Assembly: GCF_006345805.1 (NCBI RefSeq) | Contig: NW_021832304.1 | Location: 1 to 34,531, forward strand | DNA from: Octopus sinensis | Lineage: Eukaryota | Length of the DNA stretch: 34,531 bases | Direction of reading: 5' to 3' | Shown: positions 25,059 to 34,531 of the stretch, piece after piece | How positions within the stretch are numbered: position 1 is the first letter of the stretch | Layout: each line of letters opens with the position of its first letter | Notes under the pieces: model-generated | Seen by the model: only the letters and a program-made list of their open reading frames with translations | What the model was told of the DNA's origin: nothing | The model's database searches: none | Translations under genes and position numbers: made by a program

Positions 25059-25565
25059 ACATCATCATCATCATCATCATTGTTCGACCGACTTCACGGT
25101 CCATCATGGCATTACGCAGGTCCTGTTGCTGGATGCCTGTATCCCTGGAGATTACATCAGGATAGGAGAGTGTGCGCCCTCTGGCATTGCGAGTAGATGG
25201 CTTCCAGAGGAGGAGAGTAGAAATTACCTCTTTTTCAGCTCTACAACAATGTCCAGCAAACTGGATTCTCCTACCTTTCACAAGAGATGACACAGGTGGT
25301 AGTTTCCCATATATTTGCATTTTGGTTGGATGGCGCTTCCACGAGAGATTTTGAGCTGTCATAAGGAGGCGAGTGTAGGTTCCATCCAACCGCCTCTGAA
25401 GCTTCTTTGATAACGTCCAAGTTTCTGAGCCATATTGTAGAATTGGTTCGACTGTGGCTTTGAAGATTTCAAGTTTGAAGTCTCTACTTAGATTTGATGA
25501 CCAGATTTTATGCATGTCATTACAGGCTGACCAGGCCATACCCTTTCTAGTTAGAAAATCTAGTT
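25059..25565 (-). mobile_element. 5'-truncated RTE-clade LINE (post-RT C-terminus), young, with (GAT)n tail and 13-bp TSD
   Basis: Uninterrupted frame DFLTRKGMAWSACNDMHKIW...FKATVEPILQYGSETWTL...RRIQFAGHCCR...LLLWKP...AMMDREV, typical of RTE. TSD agaaaatgcacac at 25046-25058 and 25566-25578. Confidence 0.92.
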
Positions 25566-25634
25566 AGAAAATGCACACCCACACGCACGCACGCACAAAC
25601 ACACAGACAGACACACACGCACAAGTGTGTGCGT

Positions 25635-25852
25635 GTGGTTCTGCGTCTCTCTCTGTTCCTCACCACCGCTTGAAAACCGATGTTGGTGTGTTTACGTCCA
25701 ACGGTTCGGCAAGAGAGACCAATAGAATAAGTACCAGGTTTTAAAAAGTATAAATTTTTTTGAGGGCGTGGAGGACGATTCGTTCGACTAAAAGCTCTTC
25801 AACGCGGTGCCCCAGCATGGCCGCAGTCTAATGACTGAAACACGTAAAAGAT
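25635..25852 (+). mobile_element. SINE family A, 3' half
   Basis: caccaccgcttgaaaaccgatgttggtgtgtttacgtcc...gcggtgccccagcatggccgcagtctaatgactgaaac. Confidence 0.85.
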
Positions 25853-26179
25853 ATGGATGATGCAATCCTCCTGATGCAAGAGAGACTCCGACTAGGGACG
25901 CTCAAAAACCTCCCAGACCCAGAATCACACTGCCCACTTAAAGCGTCCAATTGTCGTTTTTCAGTCTAAAGCACCATGTTTAGTGTTGTTCTATTTACGA
26001 TGCACTCTAGCCATTTTTTGCTACAGTCACCCACAAATTGACAAATTCACTTAGTGAGAGCACTTCCGGTTCCATCCTGACTTTCTTTTCTATTCGGCGC
26101 TTCAAAAACTCAGCGAGGGCTTAACCGAAGTGTAAGGTGCACGTCTGAGACTAGCAACAGCATGATGACCACCACACAT

Positions 26180-26325
26180 ATTGGTTTCAAATTTAGGCAC
26201 AAAGCCAGCAATTTCGGGGGAAAGTGGGTAGTCGATTACATCGACACCAGTGTTCAGCTGGTACTTATTTTATTGAAAGGATGAAAAAAGGCAAAGTCGA
26301 TCTCGGCGGAATTTGAATTCAGAAC
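26180..26325 (-). mobile_element. SINE family B, 3' part
   Basis: ggcacaaagccagcaatttcgggg...ggcaaagtcgatctcggcggaatttgaa. Confidence 0.85.
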
Positions 26326-26464
26326 GGCTATGATGTTCCCCCCACTACTTCTGCTCGTGATCAGAGATGCACATATCGTCAGTCATTAAGGGACATGCCC
26401 AACTAGTTAAGGTCAAACAACTGACAAGCAAACCTGTGGTACTGAGTAGAATATTTGCTGCAGC
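26326..26464 (+). mobile_element. Internal fragment of repeat family F
   Basis: Near-identical to 33157-33295 (cccactacttctgctcgtgatcagagatgcacatatcgtcag). Confidence 0.9.
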
Positions 26465-27114
26465 TGTTTTCGTTGCTGCTGTTTTTAGATTGTGTTCAGT
26501 TAACTTTCGTGAAGTAGCCCAAGAGATTAAAGACTTTCCAACCGTGACAATCTCTTACTTTATTCAGAAACAGTACACGTAACACTACATTATCCAAAGT
26601 GATTTCTCTTTTCTTTTTTTTTGTTGTTCTTTTTGAGACGCTATGCCATTATTCGTGGGTGATTGGGTTACTATCTCTAGCAGATAAGTTATCCACGTAG
26701 TGGCCCCTGGCGCCTTCGGAAAGTCATAGATATTGTCGTTGTTTATCTTATTCAAGGCATGATCGAATAGATTTATAACAAAGGTGTTCCAACTGTGATC
26801 ACTTCGTCTTTTCTTTCAGCTAAAATGAAAGACGGCGTTATCCAATATCACAAAATCTCTTTTGAGGCTGTAGAGCGAGATTTGAGAGATTTCTAACGAG
26901 CTGTATGACCACAAAAATGCACCTTGCTTGGTAGATTAACAGCTGTTGTTGTTGTTGTTGTTGTTGTTCATGTCCTCGTTCATTAACCACGGTTGAATAA
27001 ACTGTAGATTTATAGCGTTCCAAATTTGTCTAAATTTGTCTTATCCAGATGCTGTGTGATTATTTAGAAGTGTATTAACCAATATGTTTTTACATTTATT
27101 AATAGGAGAGGATC

Positions 27115-27622
27115 AAGGCAGCAAGCTGGCAAAATCATCGGTGTGTCGAACAAAATGTTACCGGCATTTCATCCGGCTCTTTCTGTTCTGTGTTCAAATA
27201 CCACTGTGATCAACTTCGTCCTTCATTCTTTCAAGGACAATCAAATAAAGTACTAATCAGACGTGGTTCTGTGGTAAGAAGTTTGCTTCCCGGCCATATG
27301 GTTCCGGTTTCAATCTTACTTCATGGCACTTAGGATAAGTGTCTTCTACTATACCTTCTGTGTCTGTGTCTGTCCCCCATCACCGCTTACCAACCGGTGC
27401 TGGTCTGTTTAAGTCCCCATAACCTAGCGGTTCGGCAAAAGAAAGCGATAGAATTAGTAGCAGGCTTAAATAAAGTACTGGGATCGATTCATTCGTAAAA
27501 CATTCTTTAAGGTGGTGCCCCAGCATGGCTGCAGTCAAAAGAAGATAAAAGATAACCAAGCATTGGGGTCAACTTACCCTCACCCCTCAAAAATTCCTAA
27601 CCTTGTCCCCAGAGTATAAACA
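27115..27622 (+). mobile_element. Old SINE B (27115-27257 and 27556-27622) interrupted by a SINE A (27260-27555)
   Basis: Family B head up to aataagtac, then family A head to tail, then family B resumes with ccaagcattggggtcaac...aaaattcctaaccttgtccc. Confidence 0.75.
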
Positions 27623-28212
27623 ATGTGAGAGGTTGATGTTTGATAGAGATTTGGTGGGGGATATCACCTTTGATATCTAGCACGTTGCCTCCTACCTTGT
27701 AGGGTATCACTGGTTCTCATTAACCTCCAAATCTTGTTTGTGCTGCTACACCCTAATATATCTCCTCAGATGGTTGGCTAAAGCACATGACAGATTGGAG
27801 TTGACAATGTACCACTAAGCAGGCGGAGGAGCTGCGATAGCACCCTTGCCAATGGCAAAGGTGGGGGAAGGCCTCCGGAAGACCAGCGACCAGGTATGCG
27901 TGACTAAAGGCGAAACGCTCTATATTTCGTGGACCTCGGTTAGCAGTCAACAGAGACAGCTCTACTTAAAATCTCTTTGTTAACAGCAAATGGTTGGATT
28001 TCATATGAGCACCCAGCTCCCGGACCTCCACTCCCATTAAACTTCGAAAACTGGTCAAATTGCAAACGCATTCACCAATCGGGGCCACGGTTGTCTTCTG
28101 CCGCTGTACTTTAACTACCTGACGGTTCACTTGACGCAGAAGCGCTAAACTCTGAGAATTAACTCACTGGTCAACAGTAATTCTTGCTGTAAGTCAAAAT
28201 ATTTGGTTTGAT

Positions 28213-28531
28213 TCTCCGTCGGTTACGACGACGAAGGTCCCAGTTGATACGATCAGCCGAACAGCATGCTCGTGCAATGAACGTGCAAGTGACTGAGCAC
28301 TCCACAGATGCGCGGACCCTAAACGTAGCTCTCAAGGAGATTCAGTGTGACACAGAACGCAAGGATGGCCCTTTTTGTAATACAGGTACAACTTATTTTT
28401 GCCATCTGAATAGACTGAAGTAACGGGAAATAAAGTGTCTCGCTCAGAGACACAATGCACCATCGGAAATCGAAATCATGACTTTATGATCGCGAGCCGA
28501 ACACTCTAGCCACTAAGCCAAATACCTTCAC
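28213..28531 (-). mobile_element. SINE family D
   Basis: ctccgtcggttacgacgacga...gaaataaagtgtctcgctcagagacacaa...ccactaagcca is the reverse complement of 4495-4812. Confidence 0.85.
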
Positions 28532-28814
28532 AGAAAGCATTTGTAAGAATGCGACAAAATACAGATAATTAATTTGCGAACAAAATTTTAATTATTACGA
28601 TGAACATTCAACTGTGAGATACATTAGATGGTTCAACAGAGTCTATACAAATATATCCAGCTGGTGTTTGAAGATATAATCTCAACTATTCGTTCATACA
28701 GGCTTCAGTATCATGCTGTGATTGTGTACCTGTGTTTGATAGATTGAATTGTCGATAATTCTTGTTGACATAATTTATTCATTGACATCTATGCCAAGCA
28801 GCAAATCATTATAA

Positions 28815-29024
28815 GTACATACATACATACATACATAAGTATGCGTATATCTATGTATATGTATTCATATATGTGTGTGTAGTTGTATGTATGTATGAAT
28901 GCATGTATGTATGTATGTATGTATGTATGTATGTATGTATGTATGTATGTTATATATATATACAGAAGTATCTATATATGTATATGTATATATGTATGTA
29001 TAAGAATATATATATATATATATA

Positions 29025-29076
<52 letters not shown>

Positions 29077-29138
29077 TTTGTATATATGTGTATATACATG
29101 CGTACATATGTGTACATATACATATCTGCGTGTGTGTG

Positions 29139-29172
<34 letters not shown>

Positions 29173-29300
29173 CATACACGTATATATTCGGTATATTTAT
29201 ATACATGTAGGTATGTGTGTATGTAGGTATGTATGTATGCATGTATGTATGTATGTATGTATGTATGTATGTATGTATGTATGTATGTATGCATATATAT
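28815..29300. repeat. Compound (TATG)n/(TG)n/(TA)n microsatellite
   Basis: Direct inspection. Confidence 0.95.
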
Positions 29301-29542
29301 ATTCAAATCTTTAAGTGCAAGCTATTAAGTATCATAGTTTTCGAGGAAATTCGGTAATGTAGAGATAATTTAAAATAAACTATAGTTTCTGAAAAAAAAA
29401 GAAAAAGCAAAAGTGATGTAAAAAAAAAAGAAACACGTTGCGTTTTAGTTTATTTGTGACACTTAATTACATGCAGAGATTTTTAAAAAATGGTTAAGTA
29501 TTCAAAGAATCTTGATTGTATTCTTTCCAAAATTTTAATTCT

Positions 29543-29543
29543 G

Positions 29544-29585
<42 letters not shown>

Positions 29586-29764
29586 ATAGTAGTAGAAGTG
29601 GTGGTGGTGGTGGTGGTGGGGGAGGTTCTTGTAACAGTTGTGGTAGTAATTGTGACGGGAGTGATGGTGTCGGTGGTAGTAGCGATAGCAATAATAGCTG
29701 CAGCAGTTGAGGAAACATTTGATCAGTAGCAGCAGTAGTAGCAGCAGCAGCAGCATTAGTAGTC

Positions 29765-29807
<43 letters not shown>

Positions 29808-29898
29808 CAGCAGCAGCAATAGTAGTAGCAGTAATGGCAGTTTGAATAATGTCTTCATTAGCATAATTATGACTATAATCATATCCAGTTTCGTAAAC

Positions 29899-29938
<40 letters not shown>

Positions 29939-30035
29939 TATAATAATGATAATAATAATGGAGAGTGGTAATGATTATGATGAGGAGGATGATTATAATG
30001 ATGATGATGACTATGATAATACTAATAATAACAAT
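29543..30035. repeat. Trinucleotide cluster (TAG)n/(TGG)n/(CAG)n/(TAA)n/(TGA)n
   Basis: Direct inspection; the poly-S/V/G ORFs are artefacts. Confidence 0.9.
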
Positions 30036-30777
30036 AAAGTATTTATATATCATCACAGGAAGTTGACCTTTTAAATATTAAGGAAAGTGAAAGTGGTTTG
30101 TCATTATACCTACAAAAATAAAAGAAGAAAAAACACAAGCTTTACCTCGTATTTTACATCGAAACGTTTGATGATTAATCGCTTGCCACCCCCGCCAATG
30201 ACGCCATTCCCCTCCATCCACTATCCACATGGAAATAAAATGTGCTCTTAAACATTTGAAATATGCGATAGCTTTTCCGATGAAGAAAATCTCGTTAATA
30301 TTTTATCAAAATAATGATACAGTAATGAGGGTCCAGACGTTAGGTTTATTATTACAAACGTTACCTGAATATTAATAGGGACATTGGTTAAAGCTAAGCA
30401 GCAATAATTTATTCTAGTAATGGCCTTATACTTTATCTAAAGTTACATAATTTTGAATAAAAATCTCTTTTTGCGCAGGTTTTTTAGATCTTTCGTAGAA
30501 AGTAACGACTTGTGATGCAATAATTACAGTTTTGATTTCTTTTATACTAGATTTAAGATGGCTGTTAAACTGCATATTATAAGCGGCCATTTTGGACCGC
30601 ATTTTTTTTATTTTTAAAAGGAAAAGTAGGCCACCCACCTAACATATTCACTCTCACTCACAAACACTCATCTTCATTGACAAGACCACTAGAATCTTCT
30701 ACTGACGTCAATTATGTTGCAACTGTCTGTATCTGTTCTACAACGCGCGCGCGCGCACATACACGCACACACACAAA

Positions 30778-30885
30778 ATAAATACCAGGCTTAAAAGAAT
30801 AATTACTGCGGTTGATTCATTCGACTAGAAATTCTTCAAAGCAGTGCCCCAGCATGGCCGCAGTCTAATGACTGAAACAGGTAAA
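30778..30885 (+). mobile_element. SINE family A, 3' fragment
   Basis: taccaggcttaaaagaataa...gtgccccagcatggccgcagtctaatgactgaaaca. Confidence 0.85.
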
Positions 30886-30922
30886 TATTTATAATCGAAC
30901 GCTACGCAGCCTTGTCCACACT

Positions 30923-31033
30923 GTAGGCACAGGAGTGGCTGCGTGGTAAGTAACTTGCTTCGCAACCATATGTTTGGCTGACCAAAGCCTTCTGAGTGGA
31001 TTTGGTAGACGGAAACTGAAAGAAGCCCGTCGT

Positions 31034-31107
<74 letters not shown>

Positions 31108-31315
31108 TGTATGTATGTATGTATGTGTGTGTATATGTTTGTGTGTCTGTGTTTGTGTCCCCAACATCGCTTGACAACCGTAAACTAGCAGTTCAGCAAA
31201 AGTGACCGATAGAATAAGTACTAGGCTTACAAAAATAAGTCCTGGGGTTGATTTGCTCGACTAAAGGTGGTGCTGCAGCATGACCGTAGTCAAATGACTG
31301 AATCAAGTAAAAGAA
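30923..31315 (+). mobile_element. SINE family A with internal deletions
   Basis: taggcacaggagtggctgcgtggtaag head through aaatgactgaatcaagtaaaagaa tail. Confidence 0.9.
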
Positions 31316-31328
31316 TGCCTTTAATGCC

Positions 31329-31463
31329 TTATTTACTTATTTATTTTTTCTGAAATTTTCATTGCTTCTTGCAACCACTCAAATAGTTGTTGACTCTACT
31401 AACGGCTATTGAAGAGGTTGCAAAGAGCAACTGAAAATTAGGAAAAAATAAATAAGTAAATAA
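31329..31463. repeat. Imperfect ~135-bp palindrome with a degenerate hammerhead-like motif
   Basis: ttatttacttatttattttttc...ttgcaacc is mirrored by ggttgcaa...gaaaaaataaataagtaaataa. Confidence 0.75.
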
Positions 31464-31586
31464 GTAAATAAGTGGGAATCGAACTGGTGAGCGTGTTAAT
31501 TAATAAGCCATTAAAACAGAATGACTCTAAATATTCTTCAACACACGAATTCAATTAAAGAATCTGGCAAACCAAATACAATATAT

Positions 31587-31686
<100 letters not shown>

Positions 31687-31687
31687 T

Positions 31688-32310
31688 ATGTCCGTGACTT
31701 CATCAGTACATTCGGTCATCGAGATGCAAACTGTAAAACTAACCCCAGCTCTCTGTGTCAAGACAGACACGTGCTTAGTTTTACCGTTTACATCGGGGAT
31801 AAAATTTCAAATGTCTTGGTTCTGGCGCGCTAAGAAATTCCTGAAGCGAAGGACTGCAGTGAATAATTCACTGCGGTTAGTGCTTACTACTAGGGAACGT
31901 ATTTATTTCAATATTTAAGTAATGAGGGAGATAAATTAATATTAATTTTAATATCAATTTAAAACCAGTAGTCCAGCATTCAAAAAATCTGAGAAGTCAG
32001 AGAAAATTCTAATATATGTGTATATAGGCCTATATACACATATATTATATATATATATTAGAATTTTCTCTGACTTCTCAGAGTACTGATGAAGTCACGG
32101 ACATTTGAATTATGTAAGTAATTCTTTTGTTAAAGACCGAAACCGAGGTATGCATTTAAGTCTGTTTTTTATTAAATTTTCATATGTCCTGCCCGCCAAA
32201 TTTGGTTCTGGTGTTCGCTGAATTCTTCCTCTAGAGAATTTCCCTTGTAGTTTGATCGTTGATGATCTCTTTCTAGCATTCGGCTGGCTACCTAGCAGGC
32301 CAGCCCTGCC
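31688..32310. mobile_element. Fold-back cassette, probably Penelope-like pseudo-LTR derived
   Basis: Perfect 22-bp inverted repeat 31688-31709 / 32083-32104, palindrome 31988-32082, hammerhead motif; bounded by microsatellites. Confidence 0.55.
32083..32153 (+). ncRNA. Candidate type I hammerhead ribozyme with long loop II
   Basis: GTA-CTGATGA-a[GTC...GAC]c-GAAA-[CC ga GG]-TA-TGC. Predicted cleavage after 32150. Confidence 0.6.
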
Positions 32311-32319
32311 TATACACAC

Positions 32320-32409
<90 letters not shown>

Positions 32410-32410
32410 C

Positions 32411-32714
32411 TGAAGGCGCGCGGCCTTGTAGTTAGGGTGCTTCACTCACAATCGCTAGAACAAAGGTTCGGTTCCTAGACCGGCTACGCGTTGTATTCTT
32501 CAGACAAACACTTCGTTTTCCTTTGCTCCAGTTTACTCATCTGTAAAGGGGTAACCCTGCGACGGACGAGCCTATCGATCAGGGGTAATGTTGTTCTTCT
32601 CAACTCTGCTTGACGAACCAGAGATGTGGTATCACCAGAAAGCTAAACTGATACAAAGTGCATTGTGACCAGCGAGGTATAACAACATCCGTTAGTCTGG
32701 TTGAATCACGTGAT
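32411..32714 (+). mobile_element. tRNA-headed SINE with V-like domain and family E tail
   Basis: Head gaaggcgcgcggccttgtagttaggg, then gggtaaccctgcgacggac, then tail gcattgtgaccagcgaggtataacaacatc...cacgtgata. Confidence 0.7.
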
Positions 32715-32839
32715 ATATGTGTGTATATATATATATATATGTATATATCACCTGAAAGACAAGACAAACATTAAGGTTGATAAACTTGATTTGACATCCT
32801 ACACCTCAAAGTTGCCGGCTTTGGCCAATATATATATAT

Positions 32840-33393
32840 GTGAGAGAGCAGTGCATGCCATCAAAGTGACACTGGGGTAAAATATACGAAGCCCAGTATA
32901 CCCACCATGACTACCCGTCTGATAAGGGTACACTAGGCACATGCATCACAACCATATGTGCGCGACATGGTGATCTCATATCAAGATAAACAGCACATGA
33001 CCTTGCAGGTGGGGGCCCAGTTAGAATTTTCTTCAGGTCGAGTAACCCATCCCACTCGAAAGGTCCCTGAATAAGGGTTGTTTAAGGATGCTGAACGAAA
33101 CACCCATGTTTCCAGAGGTGAATTATTCAAACCTCAAAGAATCCCTCTCAACACACGGTTATGATGCTCCCCCACTACTTCTGCTCGTGATCAGAGATGC
33201 ACATATCGTCAGCCACTAAGGGACATGCTCAACTGGTTAAGGTCAAACAACTGACAAGCAAATCTGTGGTATTGAGCAGAATATTTGCTGTAGCCCATCT
33301 TTTATACCAAGACAAAACAATATACACGATAACACTCCCAATCAGCTAAGATCAGAAGCCACTAGAGCCACTGCCTGGTACTGCATCAGGGCA
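32840..33393. mobile_element. Unclassified ~550-bp interspersed repeat, family F
   Basis: Second partial copy at 26326-26464. No ORF, TIR or tRNA head recognised; abuts (TTA)n. Confidence 0.75.
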
Positions 33394-33416
33394 GTTATTA
33401 TTATTATCATTATTAC

Positions 33417-33642
33417 TTTTTTTTTCTTCTTTCAAATTTGCTTCCATTTCTTGCCGAGTGTCTTCCCGACTCCTAGGGCAAAGAAACTCATAGTATACAT
33501 TGGTAGGCCATTAAACCAAACTCAGTAGTTCGTTCATTTAAAAAAAAAAAATTTTTTTTTAAGTTAAATTAAAATACACGAGCAGCAACAGTTCTCACAT
33601 CGACAATGCTCTTCTCAATACGTGTGATGTACCAGTTAAGAC
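33417..33642 (-). mobile_element. 5'-truncated Dong/R4-like LINE end inside (TAA)n
   Basis: Minus strand 33642-33595 reads VLTGTSHVLRRALSM*, resembling the R4/Dong terminal LLGTAHILRR.L motif. It is followed by a 3' UTR and an A-run, with (TAA)n on both sides. Confidence 0.7.
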
Positions 33643-33643
33643 A

Positions 33644-33700
<57 letters not shown>

Positions 33701-33919
33701 AACACAAGATATTTCAAATAAATAAAGGAATAATCAGTAAACATTTATAACTCACCGTAGCGAACCCATGAATTACCCATCGAATGAAATGTATTGGGAC
33801 TGTTTACTTCGAATAGTCCTAGATTATTCCTTAGCCTTCGATGCGGATATCCATAACTCGATATCTATCTATCTATCTATCCATCTATCAATCTATCTAT
33901 CTATCTATCTATCTATCTC

Positions 33920-33997
<78 letters not shown>

Positions 33998-34045
33998 CTA
34001 TCTATCCATCTATCTATCCATCTATCTATCTATCTATCTATCTAT

Positions 34046-34531
34046 CTTGAAAAGGAAAGTGAGAGTAGAGAGGCAAGTTTTGTCTAGCGAATGTTTTAAA
34101 AAAGATGGGTGAATGTAGCAAGAATGGCACGTATAATGACGAAGCCACCTTGAGCATAGTCCTATGAACCCAGAAATCGAAAACAGAGAGTTGCTTATTG
34201 CAAAAAAAAAAAAAAAAAAAAAGAATATAAAATGTGACTTCATTGACCGAGGTTACCGTGGTCTTCTCCGCAGGCTTGTCTTTCCACGGGTAAACCTCAC
34301 CTGTCCTCCCCTTTACACTTCATATTGACATTTCTGTGATAACGATCCCTATTGATCATTTTTTTTTCCTCCCCCCCCCCTTTTTTTTTTTTTTAACCCC
34401 CCTTATTTTTGTCCTCTTTCTCTCCTTTTACATCCCTTTTGATCGAACCTCCCCCTTCCTTTTTTTTTTTTTTTTTTTTTTTTAATACCTTCAAAAGAAA
34501 AGCTCTACCTTGTAATTTGTTCTATCTGTGT
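34046..34531 (+). mobile_element. Second 5'-truncated Tx1/L1-like LINE copy, preceded by (TCTA)n; runs off the window edge
   Basis: [21 protein letters not shown] and 3' UTR motifs (gaggttaccgtggtctt, tgacatttctgtgata.cgatccctattgatc, agctctaccttgtaatttgt) match 14065-14525. Confidence 0.78.

Noticed and set aside
29490-29901. Ser/Gly/Val homopolymer ORFs
   Set aside because: Trinucleotide microsatellite cluster without splice or domain support.
33745-33860. Minus-strand donor CG|GTGAGT and a small hairpin
   Set aside because: No acceptor and it is wedged between microsatellites; cannot distinguish an exon from a repeat fragment.

Overview
Repeat-saturated, AT-rich eukaryotic non-coding DNA. 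The SINE families and the density of (TA)n/(CA)n/(GATA)n microsatellites look like an octopus (coleoid cephalopod) genome; this is my recognition, not a search result. No complete gene is present and most ORF-track entries are microsatellite artefacts. The window holds about 30 copies or fragments of five tRNA-headed SINE families and 5'-truncated ends of three LINE clades: an RTE copy with a 13-bp TSD, two Tx1/L1-like copies both embedded in (GATA)n, and a Dong/R4-like copy in (TAA)n. It also holds mariner, pogo/Tigger-like and hAT MITEs, a 1.14-kb TG...CA element, and several fold-back cassettes with Penelope-type minimal hammerhead ribozyme motifs. One good candidate host exon lies on the minus strand (22181-21940). 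The best leads are the apparently (GATA)n-targeting LINE and the hammerhead palindromes, one family of which has a non-canonical CCGACGA core. Family letters A-F are my own working labels.
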